Part shown: piece by piece, positions 49,500 through 63,848 of the stretch
Layout of the letters: each line of letters begins with the position of its first letter
Numbering within the stretch: the stretch's first letter is position 1
DNA from: Octopus bimaculoides
Taxonomy: Eukaryota
DNA: 64,000 nucleotides
Direction: 5' to 3'
Assembly: GCF_001194135.2 (NCBI RefSeq)
Contig: NC_068986.1
Location: 112,449,512 to 112,513,511 of the forward strand
Translations under genes and position numbers: made by a program
Notes under the pieces: generated by a model
Told to the model about the DNA's origin: nothing
Database searches by the model: none
The model's input: only the letters and a program-made list of their open reading frames with translations

Positions 49500-49500
<1 letters not shown>
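49440..49500 (+). mobile_element. SINE family A tail fragment
   Basis: ccccaaaatttcaagccttgtgcctttagtagagaagattattatt. Confidence 0.55.
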
Positions 49501-49586
<86 letters not shown>

Positions 49587-49614
49587 GTTGTTGTTGTTAC
49601 TGTTGTTGTTGTAA

Positions 49615-50140
49615 CTCAGTAATTTTCCTTTTTATTGTGCTTTCACTGTATCTTCAAGCACGTATTTTGTATGTGAAGTGAATTCTGTCTCCACCGAATT
49701 ATGTTTATTTAATTGAAATTCTCTTATCGAATATGTCTGTTGTGCAAAATAGTGCTATTTTTTGTCTGCCATGAATTTTTGTTATTTCTGTGACGTGGAT
49801 TACGCATTTATGCATGCCACCCAAGATCTTAAAATTTGAATAAATTTTCCGACTGTTTGATTCCTAGTTTAGCATCAATTGGGACTGCTATGTCGATTTC
49901 AAGACATTTCTTCCGACAGCGGTTCTTCAGAACAATTTCTACTCAATTACCATTCTTCCATCTTTGTCTCTTTGTATAAATATGACCCAGTGTGTCCTCA
50001 CTTTCGCATTTTCTGCGAATTTGTACTTGTGCATATTTAAACCGTATTTTTTTTTTTTTTGCTGCTATTTCTTGATGATAGAACAGTTCCCAAAGTGTGT
50101 CTATGACTTGCATGCAGATTTATTTTTCATATCAGAACCG
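49615..50140 (-). mobile_element. Old R4/Dong-type 3' fragment; stack copy E
   Basis: VEIVLKNRCRKKCLEIDIAVPID... and QKIALFCTTDIF echo the REL and C-terminal motifs; ends in (CAA/TAA)n. Confidence 0.55.
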
Positions 50141-50194
50141 GTAAGTTACATACAATGAAGTTGCATTCTATTCACATTTTTATTTTTTTGTGAA

Positions 50195-50345
50195 CATCAA
50201 ATTAGCAGAACCGCTAATGAAACAAAAAAAAAATGTTTTCAGTCGTTTGTTCCGGCTCCTTATGTTCAAATTCCGTCCAATTCAATTTTACCGTTAATCC
50301 GTTCGGAATCGATAATACGAAATGCCAGTAGATTTGCGCCAGAAT
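50195..50345 (+). mobile_element. SINE family A, degenerate
   Basis: tagcagaaccgctaa...gttcaaattccg...aatccgttcggaatcgataa. Confidence 0.5.
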
Positions 50346-50833
50346 TTAGACTTGTCCTTCATATTCTCCAAGTAAGACGAATAAAAGATAACATATCCTC
50401 TTTATTCTTTTAGAGTGGACACAATAAATTGCCACATGAAGTAAAATGGGGGTAATGGTATTGACTCCTCACCACCGAAAAAAAATCGCGCGAATTGGGA
50501 CTGAACCCTCAACAATGACTGTTGCACTTGTTTCTTTTTCGTGTTGGTTCTTTTTATTTTGTTGGTGTTGGTGGTGTTGGTGGTGGTTATTTGTTGTTGT
50601 TGATAATGGTTGCTTATCCAGTTCTTCGTTTGCGTGGCGTGTTTTATTATAATCGCGGTATTTTGAGCTGATTTCTAGCGTGATGTTAGAATTCGAAAAA
50701 TGTTTAGCTTTCTATGAAAATAGAAACGATTTTCACCAACTGGATTGAAGAAGATTTAAAATTAAAATATACTGACACAATAGAAGATGTCAGCAAGGAA
50801 GAAAAAAAAGGAGTTGGGAGGAGGAGGAGGATG

Positions 50834-50866
<33 letters not shown>

Positions 50867-51387
50867 AGAAGAAGAAAATCAAGGAAAAACATAATCGTAA
50901 AATAAATTGAAAAACCTGTTACTATAAGAACAACATCGAAACGCACAGAGAAGACAGAAGGAAAATATCTAAGATTTATGAAAATAACACACTTAAGAAC
51001 GCAAGAACAAAAGCAAAAACTACGGCATCAACAAATAAAGAAATAAAAATATAAATACAATAATAATCACGAGAAAATTGATGTTTTTGCTATATCTTAT
51101 CTGTCGATGTGATTTTCGTTTCAATATTTACGGATATATTTGTTTTTGTTTATTAAAAATGTTTTGAAAAATTATTTTGCTGTTTTCTGTAATTTGTGAG
51201 GTTGTTCTTATATATGTTAAATATAATATTTCGTCATTGTTCAAATTTTCCTTCTACCTCAATTATTATTTAGAAACGTATTTATACACAAAAAGACAAA
51301 ACAAAATCACCAAACTACACAAATACAAATACATACTATCACACACACACATACGCACAACAGCACATGCCCAAACACTCATATGCT

Positions 51388-51428
<41 letters not shown>

Positions 51429-51437
51429 CTGTGTGTG

Positions 51438-51478
<41 letters not shown>

Positions 51479-51643
51479 NNNNNNNNNNNNNNNNNNNNNN
51501 NNNNNNNNNNNNNNNNNNNNNNNNNNNNNNNNNNNNNNNNNNNNNNNNNNNNNNNNNNNNNNNNNNNNNNNNNNNNNNNNNNNNNNNNNNNNNNNNNNNN
51601 NNNNNNNNNNNNNNNNCACAAACACACACAAAGGCACACACAC

Positions 51644-51677
<34 letters not shown>

Positions 51678-51720
51678 CTATGTATATGTATATATACATA
51701 TATGTGTGTGTATATATGTA

Positions 51721-51914
51721 TAGTACTCCCTCGACTATCGCGTGGGTAACGTCCCAAAACCTCCCACAGCAATAATTAACATATAAAAAAATATAAATAC
51801 CTATCGGCTGCAGACACAAGCGAATTACTCAGGAGTCAGCAATATAAATTTGTTTAAATATTTGCCAGAGATATCCGCCATCTACTGAGTGCGCGATATG
51901 GTGAGGGATTACTG
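51721..51914. mobile_element. Tigger/pogo-type MITE with TA duplication
   Basis: Left tagtactccctcgactatcgcg, right cgcgatatggtgagggattactg|ta. Related to 63849-64000. Confidence 0.7.
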
Positions 51915-53268
51915 TATGTGCATGTGTGTGTGTTTACGTACACATATACACTTATATACACATATATACACAAGTTATATTGACAAACGCCTGACTATAT
52001 GTTCTATATATTCAATAAATTTGAACCCGCTCGAGACTGCAAATTATTGTGTTTAATAAGCAAATTTTTGATAGTGAAAAACATTCCCTGCTATTTGTGT
52101 AAATTTAGTGTTTACGTATTTATTGAGTATAACAGACAGTGAATGAGCATTGCGTAAGAAAACTTGTTTAGGATGAGAACAATAATTTGGGGGCGCCGTT
52201 GAAATTCGTAGGCTTTTCTGACTATACAGCAGCATTTAGCTACTGAACTATATATATAAAGGTTTTGACAAACCCAACACCTGAAAAGTATTTCGTATAC
52301 AAATATAGTTACGTTTATAATGAAATGGCAAGTGTGTGGGAGAGTTTTATTTGAGTTTTAGATATAGAGTAGAATCACGGTAGAATCCTTCAAAGACGAC
52401 TTAGAAGAATACGATTGCAGTAGATATTTAAAACACTGTAGCGCTTCTTTTAGTGGAAGGGACACAATTTACATATATGTATGCAAACAGATGCACATAC
52501 ATATACACACATATATGTATACATATATGTGTATACATACATACGTACATACGTATATATATNNNNNNNNNNNNNNNNNNNNNNNNNNNNNNNNNNNNNN
52601 NNNNNNNNNNNNNNNNNNNNNNNNNNNNNNNNNNNNNNNNNNNNNNNNNNNTATATATATATATATATTATCTATTTTATCTCACGCAGGTACGGTTAAG
52701 CCATAAATGTCCTATTGGAATTTCGTTCCGGATGAACAGTTTCAATTCAATATCTGTCAAAAAAAGAAAACAAAAACCTGTAACTTAGGTGGAAGATTGA
52801 ACCCGTAATGGAACATTCATAATATACAGGCGGAAAATAGGGCCGCTCCATCGACTTGTATTAGAAAAGAAAAAAGCCTTTAAGTTACCATTTCTACTCT
52901 GTCGCATATAGATGTTTACTTATATCACTAAGTAGAAGTCAGAAAGTTATTTCCAACGCTAAACATTTGCGATTGCATTCTCATCCTATTTACCATGCTT
53001 ACGGAATAAACATTAATCCCTCCGTTTTGAGGAACGGAACAATTATATACGATTAATGTTTATAATATTTCGTTCTTCCTCTATATTGACAGTGTGATTA
53101 TCTAAAATTATTTTTACCTATAAAATATGTTATGTTCATTTTCACCAAGTGTATGTTGCCAAAATAAAAACATAACATAAATATAATATCAAAAAAAACA
53201 TGAATATCTCGAAGACATCAATGACATGGAATTTGCTAATTAGGTTTAAGTCTAAGGCATGGCATAAC

Positions 53269-53301
53269 CTGCATAAGCCATCATTAATTTCTTGAAGTTC
53301 C
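53269..53301 (-). CDS. Candidate 33-nt micro-exon (ELQEINDGLC or NFKKLMMAYA depending on frame)
   Basis: Minus strand: ttttgttttctctttgtacCTAACtcgcAG|GGAAC...TGCAG|GTtatg. Strong acceptor, frame-preserving length, two open frames. Confidence 0.3.
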
Positions 53302-54433
53302 CTGCGAGTTAGGTACAAAGAGAAAACAAAATCACCGAACATTTTTACTGAATTATGTGAGCAAAGGTTTATGTATGCTTGTTTGTAAATATGCATGTTT
53401 ATATGTGTATGTGTGTTTTATGTATGCTTATGTGTGTTTTCAGAATGTTTGAGCTTTGTTTGTGATGATCGTCAGAAGCAGAAACGGATATGATCGTATG
53501 CGCATATTCATTAAACAGTTGACTAACAAGTTGTTTTGTGTTCATGAAAATTCTAATGTTTATATGTGATTCCTGTTAACACATCACCCTTGTTCCCTTC
53601 CCCACTGCCATCATGACTGCGCATCAAATTTTACATTCATATACTTATTATTTACATATGTTATGTTATCAGTCAAACATTTTCTGTTATATGATCCGAT
53701 GAGAGCATTAATCATAGAAATAGATACATGACAACACTCCAGTATACATAAATACACACACATACACATACATACACATAAATGTATACATATATATNNN
53801 NNNNNNNNNNNNNNNNNNNNNNNNNNNNNNNNNNNNNNNNNNNNNNNNNNNNNNNNNNNNNNNNNNNNNNNNNNNNNNNNNNNNNNNNNNNNNNNNNNNN
53901 NNNNNNNNNNNNNNNNNNNNNNNNNNNNNNNNNNNNNNNNNNNNNNNNNNNNNNNNNNNNNNNNNNNNNNNNNNNNNNNNNNNNNNNNNNNNNNNNNNNN
54001 NNNNNNNNNNNNNNNNNNNNNNNNNNNNNNNNNNNNNNNNNNNNNNNNNNNNNNNNNNNNNNNNNNNNNNNNNNNNNNNNNNNNNNNNNNNNNNNNNNNN
54101 NNNNNNNNNNNNNNNNNNNNNNNNNNNNNNNNNNNNNNNNNNNNNNNNNNNNNNNNNNNNNNNNNNNNNNNNNNNNNNNNNNNNNNNNNNNNNNNNNNNN
54201 NNNNNNNNNNNNNNNNNNNNNNNNNNNNNNNNNNNNNNNNNNNNNNNNNNNNNNNNNNNNNNNNNNNNNNNNNNNNNNNNNNNNNNNNNNNNNNNNNNNN
54301 NNNNNNNNNNNNNNNNNNNNNNNNNNNNNNNNNNNNNNNNNNNNNNNNNNNNNNNNNNNNNNNNNNNNNNNNNNNNNNNNNNNNNNNNNNNNNNNNNNNN
54401 NNNNNNNNNNNNNNNNNNNNNNNNNNNNNNNNN

Positions 54434-54490
<57 letters not shown>

Positions 54491-54839
54491 TTGTGTGTAT
54501 GTGTGTATGTGTGTGTGTTTGTGAGTGTGTGTGTGAGTGTGTGTGTGTTAGTATGAAATACTATCCCGTACTTCTGTGTGTAAGTACCTGCATATTACTA
54601 TATATTTGTATAAAATCGCATTGCTGGTCTTACCACGGACTTTGAATGACTTCTTCTATCCTCTCTCTAGCAATTCTATGTACCTTGATAGCCTGAAATG
54701 TGCTCTTCCATACTCTACTCTAATACAATGATGACGTATGCACGCAACATCACAACTGCAAACTACAGTTCAGACATTACAGTGACAAAAAACAAAACGA
54801 AAAATTATTAATGACGTTACTTGGTGTGTATATATATAT

Positions 54840-54912
<73 letters not shown>

Positions 54913-55183
54913 NNNNNNNNNNNNNNNNNNNNNNNNNNNNNNNNNNNNNNNNNNNNNNNNNNNNNNNNNNNNNNNNNNNNNNNNNNNNNNNNNNNNNNNN
55001 NNNNNNNNNNNNNNNNNNNNNNNNNNNNNNNNNNNNNNNNNNNNNNNNNNNNNNNNNNNNNNNNNNNNNNNNNNNNNNNNNNNNNNNNNNNNNNNNNNNN
55101 NNNNNNNNNNNNNNNNNNNNNNNNNNNNNNNNNNNNNNNNNNNNNNNNNNNNNNNNNNNNNNNNNNNNNNNNNNNNNNNNNNA

Positions 55184-55236
<53 letters not shown>

Positions 55237-55514
55237 TTGTATGTATTTATGTATGAATATAAGTATACTTAGACACACACACACACATGTTTGTATATAC
55301 ATATACACATGTGTATATGTATATATATGTATATATGTAGACACGGCACACATTTTCTCGTGTCAGTTTTATGCTTGTGAGTTTCGCTTTAGGTTAACAG
55401 TGTCTTCAGGCAAGTCGTCTCTGCCTGAAGTGCCTGTGCACCCACTGGCGAAACTCTGACAAAGATTGATTGATCAATAAAGAAATAGATAGATAGATAG
55501 ATAGATAGATAGAC

Positions 55515-55580
<66 letters not shown>

Positions 55581-56099
55581 GGAAGGAAAGTAGATAGGTA
55601 GGTAGGTAGGTAGGTAGGCAGGCAGAAGGCATGCAGGTAGGTAGGCAGGCAGGTACATATATATAGACTTTACGCTATTGCAAGCTTATTCTCATTTGTG
55701 ATTTACAATTCTTTAACGCTTGGTAATCTGTCACAAAATATGGTTCAGCCTGTTTAAGCATTTGTTTTACTGCGGTACACGTAAGATATCCACGTTTGTA
55801 ATAATCCAAATTAAACGGAAAGAAGAAAATGAATCTGAGGATGAAAATGGATAATTCTTTGTCTAGTTTGAGATATTGGTAACATGATTTGGAATTGATA
55901 GCGTTAGGGTTGTGTTAGAGATTGCAACTATGGTTGGCAGTTGAGCAGCGAGATATCCCATCCAAATTTTGTTTGGAGATGAATTCCTAGAATTTATTTA
56001 CTTGTCAAACCCACATACATATTGCAACTCTATATAAAGTGTCGTTTACGGAAATGAATCAAGTATGTTTACACTTAGATATATGTTTAGAATTGACAG

Positions 56100-56390
56100 C
56101 AGGAACAGCAGAGAATTATACAATTTGCATGATGTGATCTGCAATTGCAATGATTTATTTTTAGAACGTAATGTGGCAGCGTGCATATGATGAAGATAAT
56201 TGCCAAGAAGGAACAGATGCTACTCAGATACAAAACAGAGCTTCCTGTTTGTTCTACATTATAGAACAAATTTCTGATTTTAGAAATATTGAAGTTGGAA
56301 AACACATGAATATGGAGTCGACTCTGAATATAGAGAGTGCTATGCAAGTCAGCAGACTGGATAAAAATGAACTCAACTGCCATAGGGTCA
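56100..56390 (+). mobile_element. Decayed RTE-like RT relic
   Basis: RT*CGSVHMMKIIAKK resembles YRxISLLSHxxKI, and LFYIIEQ resembles IFxLRQIIEK. Confidence 0.35.
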
Positions 56391-56397
56391 TGTGCAA

Positions 56398-56478
<81 letters not shown>

Positions 56479-56854
56479 AATAGAAGAATGGAAAATCGAA
56501 GTAAACATCCTATTACAATATTGAGGAAAAGAAACAAAAACATTAACTCATCAATTTTTTGTACATGCGCAGATGCAAAAAATAAAAGCTCTTAATACAT
56601 AATAAAGAAAAACTGTATTAGATTCTTACGTTNNNNNNNNNNNNNNNNNNNNNNNNNNNNNNNNNNNNNNNNNNNNNNNNNNNNNNNNNNNNNNNNNNNN
56701 NNNNNNNNNNNNNNNNNNNNNNNNNNNNNNNNNNNNNNNNNNNNNNNNNNNNNNNNNNNNNNNNNNNNNNNNNNNNNNNNNNNNNNNNNNNNNNNNNNNN
56801 NNNNNNNNNNNNNNNNNNNNNNNNNNNNNNNNNNNNNNNNNNNNNNNNNNNNNN

Positions 56855-56929
<75 letters not shown>

Positions 56930-57101
56930 GTGTGTGTATGTGCGTGTTTAAGTGCATATATATGTATGTGCACATAATCATATATATGTATATATAATCA
57001 TGGACAAACACACATATACACACACTCTCACATCTATCTCTCTATCTATCTATCTCTCTATCTCTCTATCTCTCTCTATCTATCTATCTCTGTCACTCTC
57101 T

Positions 57102-57135
<34 letters not shown>

Positions 57136-57429
57136 NNNNNNNNNNNNNNNNNNNNNNNNNNNNNNNNNNNNNNNNNNNNNNNNNNNNNNNNNNNNNNNNN
57201 NNNNNNNNNNNNNNNNNNNNNNNNNNNNNNNNNNNNNNNNNNNNNNNNNNNNNNNNNNNNNNNNNNNNNNNNNNNNNNNNNNNNNNNNNNNNNNNNNNNN
57301 NNNNNNNNNNNNNNNNNNNNNNNNNNNNNNNNNNNNNNNNNNNNNNNNNNNNNNNNNNNNNNNNNNNNNNNNNNNNNNNNNNNNNNNNNNNNNNNNNNNN
57401 NNNNNNNNNNNNNNNNNNNNNNNNNNNNN

Positions 57430-57479
<50 letters not shown>

Positions 57480-57494
57480 CATGTATGTGCGTGT

Positions 57495-57690
57495 GTGTAT
57501 GTTTGTGTGTCTGTGATTGTCCATCCACCATTGCTTGACGCCCGATGCTGGTGTTGTCACGTCCTCGTAACTTAGCCGTTCGTCAAAATAGATTGATAGA
57601 TTAAGTCCTGGGGTTACAAAGAATAAGTCTTGGAGTTGATTTGTTCGACTAAAGGCGGCGCTCTTGCATGGCCGCATTCAAATGACTGAT
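57495..57690 (+). mobile_element. SINE family C 3' half
   Basis: ccaccattgcttgacgcccgatgctggtgttgtcacgtcctcgtaacttagccgttcg...ttacaaagaataagtc...gttcgactaaaggcggcgctc. Confidence 0.8.
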
Positions 57691-58695
57691 TATATTTCAA
57701 TATTTGCTCCAGCAGTCTCGGATTTCGATGGCAGAAAATAATAAAGTGCAAGTAAATATTTTTTTAATATATGAATCGTTAATTACTTATTTTAATATGA
57801 AAATGTTACACACGTGATCACTATTTAAGCAACATCATTAAAGTTCCCTCCCGCGAAGGGAGATTCTGGCCTTGAGAGACGATTCAGACAGTCTCTGTAA
57901 AGTAAGTTGTTTACATCATGACACGTCAATATACTTCACTATAAAACTCCAATATTTAGTTTTATGTACAAACGTAGGACGAAAGTGTATTGTAGAAATA
58001 TGTATAAATATAGAACTTTTCACAGAAGCAGAGAAGGAAAAAATATATAACCTGGAGACAATATAAACTGATGAATACTTAATAATAATGATTATTGATA
58101 AATAATATCGGAACTGTTTTCAGAAATTAGTGATGAATATGACAAGAATGCTTCGAAAGCTCTAGGCCTAGTTCAGAGTGTATATGGTAGTAAATATAGC
58201 TGTACTGAAGTATATATACGTAATATTGATAGTCTGTTTGTTGTATTTGCACTCACATTAACTTGACTTTGCCTTGATACACTTACTACATTTACAGGAA
58301 CACAAACAATGAAAGGCAGATGCATTATTCGAAAACACGCCAGCACTAAAACATATATACAAAAAGAGTTTAATGTCTATATTTATTATATACTTATTGA
58401 TACGCACGCGCAAATACACGTTTACACGTTTACACATCACATACAGAAAAATATACTGCGTAGTATATTACATGATATTATATACGCATTTTATATTTAC
58501 GTATTAATTTATGAACATATTGATATAAACATGTATGCATGTTGGTGGGCGGGTGTGGTGATGGATGCATACACACAACTACGTTTGGGGTGTATCAGTT
58601 TGTATTAATCTATCTATTTGTCTATCTATCTATCTAGCTATTTAGCGAGCTAGCTAGCTAAATAGATAGACATACAGATAGACAGACAGACAGAC

Positions 58696-58732
<37 letters not shown>

Positions 58733-58733
58733 T

Positions 58734-58764
<31 letters not shown>

Positions 58765-59919
58765 CCCTGGGCAAATGATTAAGGAGGACACGATGCGACG
58801 TCGCTCATACAAATTGAGACTGTCTTTACCATTTTCTTGCGAGCTCGCTTTTCGGTCATATTTTATTCTTATTTCAAACGTCCAACCCTGCTGTGTTCCA
58901 TGTCAGACTAACTCTGGCTCAGGCTAAGGTTAATGATGAAAAGATCACTGGAAATATTCGACTGTTGGCTTGTTAATTTACTGCAGTAGTTGCGCTGATT
59001 AAACCAGTGAATACTTGCTGTCAAAGGCCACATATGTAGTTTTACCCTTGTCATTCTTTCTATATGTATACTTGTATAATAATTTTTAAAAAATGCGTAC
59101 CTAAGTTTAATCTAATTAAATCTACTCTTTCACACAATTATGCCTGCAACTGTCAACACGCGAAAATAATATCCTTCTCATGGTGATGGGGAAACTAAAT
59201 AATTTTGAAAATCAAGTAGTAGCAGACAGAGAGGTGTAAGTATATGTTTTTTTTAAAACACTCACATGGATCAAAATTAATCCTGCTCGGATTTCACAAA
59301 CAGCTCGTTATCATTATGTTTTCTCAAAAATCTTCTCCAACGACAAAGACATACAAGCAAAGAAAATGTCTACGATATTTTAATATAGCCAGGTTGCATA
59401 CGTCTCGAAACACTTGGAAGGAAATTAAAAATTAATTATCGTGAGAACCTCATAATTTCTCATCATATGAACGTTATCAGCTTGAGAAATGCAGGAAAAT
59501 CAGTTTGCATATATTTACGAGGAATGGCTTATTAACAGCGAATACAATAAACATGAATGTACTTTTAATTTCAGATGTTACGTTTGGTTTGCAGATAGCT
59601 TTTAAAATGAATATTTTAATAATTACTCTATAAGAAGCATAAGTGCTTTAATTTATAGCATTTCATCAAGTGAAGAATTGTTTGAAGGTGCGTCAAGAAC
59701 TTACAACAACGGCATTTAAAGCATTCCATTTAAAAATTAAAATAAAACAAGTCGTGACTGCGCACAAATCCATGGAAAACAGTTTAGTTTAGACCACTTT
59801 TTGGTTGATGTGTCATCAAATATCGTAAAACATTTCAAGCCTCGATCAGTGATATTTTCAAACTTGACACGTACAACAATATCGTCAGCAATAAATGGCT
59901 GTAAGCTAGAATTACTAGA

Positions 59920-59938
59920 CAGCAGCAGCAGCGGCAGC

Positions 59939-59988
<50 letters not shown>

Positions 59989-60000
59989 TAGTAGTAGTAG
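59920..60000. repeat. (CAG)n(TAG)n compound microsatellite
   Basis: Direct reading. Confidence 0.95.
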
Positions 60001-60001
60001 G

Positions 60002-60205
60002 ATAGCTAGCGGAATTGTTTGCAAACCTAGCATAATAGTTAACTGCATTTCGTCCGCTTTTATTTTCTGAGTTCAAATTCCACCTAGGTCGGCTTTGCTT
60101 TTCTTCCTTTCGTGGTCGATAAAAAAAAAAAAAAACACGTCCCAGCTGAGCACTGTGGTCCATGTAATCGACATGAACCCTGCCCCAAAATTGCTGGTTT
60201 CGTCA
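60002..60205 (+). mobile_element. SINE family A, degenerate
   Basis: ttctgagttcaaattccacctaggtcggctttgcttttcttcctttcgtggtcgataa...catgtaatcgac...ccccaaaattgctgg. Confidence 0.7.
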
Positions 60206-60462
60206 TTGCGACGGATGGAGGAGAAACCTGGCACATCATTTTTGCTTTCATGCTAATTCACTCTTTCTATTTTCCAGACTGTTTGGTATCACGTTGACAG
60301 AACCACTTCCGCTCAAGAAATAGAAATAGACATACATTTTATTTCGATAGACACACAAAAAACATATGAACATGCATACATATTGATATGCGTACATGCG
60401 TTTATATATCGATAAGCATATATTTATGTGTTTATGTGTGCGTGTGTGTGAGCATGTATATA

Positions 60463-60582
60463 CAGGATGGGGCAAAATCGTCTGACAAATTTGTAGGTTT
60501 AATAGCATTCTTTTTTTCATTCTTTTCTCTATTTCGCTTTTATTAAACCTACAAATGTGTCAGATCATTTCGCCCCAGCCTG
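60463..60582. mobile_element. 120-bp Tc1/mariner-type MITE (42-bp TIRs, TA duplication)
   Basis: ta|CAGGATGGGGCAAAATCGTCTGACAAATTTGTAGGTTTAATA ... TATTAAACCTACAAATGTGTCAGATCATTTCGCCCCAGCCTG|ta. Arms match at 37/42. Confidence 0.85.
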
Positions 60583-60639
60583 TATATGTATATATATACT
60601 GGTACGTCATCGGTTAAAACGATGAGCGTTGCAGTTCAT

Positions 60640-60770
60640 CTACGCGTGGCCTTAACATAGTTATCATAGAGATTCACGTCTGAAATAAAGGCAGATCCAA
60701 TTTTGCGAGTCAAGTGAAATGAAGCAACGTGAAATATAAGGTGTTGCACAGGCAATAGTTTGTCCTAACA
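60640..60770 (-). mobile_element. SINE family B fragment
   Basis: gcgagtcaagtgaaatgaagcaacgtgaaat...gttgcacagg. Confidence 0.4.
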
Positions 60771-61887
60771 GTTTGTGTAAACTGTGCATTGTTTTCGTCT
60801 TTCAAACATTATTATAAATCTTTGATATACTTGATAATACATTAAGCATTTAAAATGAAATACGGTGTCCTACCAGCAAATTAAAATACAGGTACCAGTT
60901 GTCAGGAATGTATTTACCTTTTAAATTGCTCTCTCCTAATAGTGTTACATTGCTAACTATAAGGGCTACTTAAGCAATGTAAGCGTATTAATGGATTAGA
61001 TGTAGTCTTATTTTTCTATCTTCTTTCGAATTGTATACATAAATGTATTCCTATACGATACGTCATAAGAGACCCGGCTCTAAATTCTACAGATACGCTG
61101 TAGAGATAAACTTGAAATTGAACATATGAATATTTATGTCCGCGATATGTGTCGTTGCCACCACATCACCATTAGATTAGTAGTCCTCTATTAGAGCAAA
61201 TGGTCTACAAACGTCCGTACTTTAGGTAATTCTATGTATATCAACAATGTGGCAAGAAAAAATGAAACTGGAGTCAGCTGCTCATGCGCAAGGTACTTTT
61301 CTACATTTGTTATAATGATGAAACATTTTGTATTATTTATTACTTCCGTCTCTCATATCCGGTCAATAAATTTTTGAAAAGAAAAATTCCTCTTCAGCCT
61401 TACGTTTTTCTTACCATCATATTCTATATATAGAGACGATAAACATTTAAGTCAAATGCACGTCAGTCTACCAAGATTAAGGATTTAAGTTTCTCCTAAA
61501 TCTAGCTATTGAGATTACAAACCAAATTTAGCTGAGAAAGGTATATAGAACAAATTTTGTTATTTGCTATATTTGAAGTTAATGGATGTGGCTACAACAA
61601 ACAATGGTATAAATCGTGTCCTACAAATGTAAACACTCATGTAGATTGAAGTAACACGCTTGAATTATTGAATGCTTAACTCATGGGTTAGCTTGCAAGA
61701 ATGGTCAGCAAGAAAGATGGAGTCAACTTCTCTATATGTGTTCTATTGATTTTAAAGAACGTATAACTTCATGCATTTATGTACATATCTTTATATTTAC
61801 TTCTGTGCTTCTATCATATTATGTGTCTATTTTATATGATAGTTTCCATGTCTCTCTCACTAGTAACGCTATATACACTATGTATGC

Positions 61888-61930
<43 letters not shown>

Positions 61931-62722
61931 CATGCATATACATGTATGAACTTACATATATTTACACACATCACATCAAAACGTGTATAAGCACATGCAT
62001 ATTATATACTTCTATCTATCTATCTATCAGTCTATCCGTCTGTCTGTCTCTCTCTCTCTCTATCTCTCTCTCTCTCTCTATCTATCTATATATATATATG
62101 TGTGTATATATGTAGGCATATGCATATACATGCATGTAAGCATTTGTATCTATTTATCTATTTCTAGGATCGTGAATTATGCGGCAAGCATGAATAAATG
62201 TGAAAACCCGGATATGGAAAACAGAAAACAAGAAATATTGGAAAAAAATCTACACTTATAAAACTAAGGAAAACAAAATAAAACAACGAACGTATTATAT
62301 TCCTGTAGGTTTAAATGAATACTTAGAAATAATTGGACTCATAAGAGTATGGTAAAACAAACGAAGCAGAAATAATAAGTTTCTTTAATAAAATTCTTCA
62401 CTAAAATACGTTGAAGAAATCCTTTTAGTGGAAAAAACATTTTTGTTTTTTCCTAAAATCGGAATATAAATATTGGGCTGAAAAACAAAATGCATTTTTT
62501 TTTTAATTCGCACATTTATTTATTATTATTTCTTGAATTGCTTTTTTATTTTTATAGCTCTGCATGTTTTAAGATATATAAATCGATGGATATATAAAAC
62601 AATTATGTTTCATATGCGCATATGAGAGTAAATGGTAATATATCCATATACACTTTCGTACACATGAAAAAACACAGAGATACGTATGTGTTTGTGTACG
62701 TGTTTATGTGTGTGTTTGTGTT

Positions 62723-62787
<65 letters not shown>

Positions 62788-62882
62788 AAAGACACACCCA
62801 CATGCACAGGCACACATAAATACGTACCTGCACAAACATTTCAGCAACTGTAACTCTATATTCATTACTCTTCGTCTTACAC

Positions 62883-62980
<98 letters not shown>

Positions 62981-63356
62981 ATACATATTTATTCATACCA
63001 AGATATATTCATATAGATACACACACGTACACACGCATGCATATAAATAGAGAGAGGGCTGCGTGCTTCATGTATATAGATTCATACAATATTTATCCAT
63101 AAATGCGTGTTCCCATAGTAACGAAAGGTAGGTATATCGTAGCTTATTGAAGCATATTTACAAATGACACGAAGATTAGGAAACGAAGAAACAGAACGAA
63201 AACAACAACTATATTAACAACACGAATAACAACAAGAATATATACCTTAAAAAAAAATTCAAGTCAGCAGATATGAGATAGTCTTCAACTAGCTGAAGGA
63301 TATTGTACTAGGATTGAGGAAATAATACTACACGCACACACGTTTGCACGCACTGA

Positions 63357-63414
<58 letters not shown>

Positions 63415-63424
63415 CAAACACACA

Positions 63425-63465
<41 letters not shown>

Positions 63466-63848
63466 ACACAAAGACATACACGTGTATGTATAATTTTACT
63501 ATCTCATAACCGTACATCTTGTAATGTGTCAACTCCTTTCATACCAAGTTGACGGAGAAGGCTCTAGCAGCACATTGATGGCACCGTACGAAATACTGAT
63601 TGTCGCAGCTGACTAGTTTAAAGAAGCCAGTTGGGTCAAGATGTCAATTTGGAAGCTGGTTATGCAAACAAAAGTTTGGGTTAAACTGAGCAAAATCGAC
63701 AGAGAAACTGATGAAATACTGAACTCTGCTTATGTATTGATTTGTATAAACCGGGCATTCGGTTTTCGCTAGCAGAAAAGTTTGAAGTACGTCAGTATCA
63801 AGACACTAAAAGGATGAGATGCCGTATACGCATACGCATACAAGCTTA

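Noticed and set aside
56171-56524. 117-aa ORF with acceptor-like start
   Set aside because: Alternate frames echo RTE RT motifs and the tail is a (TAA)n translation.
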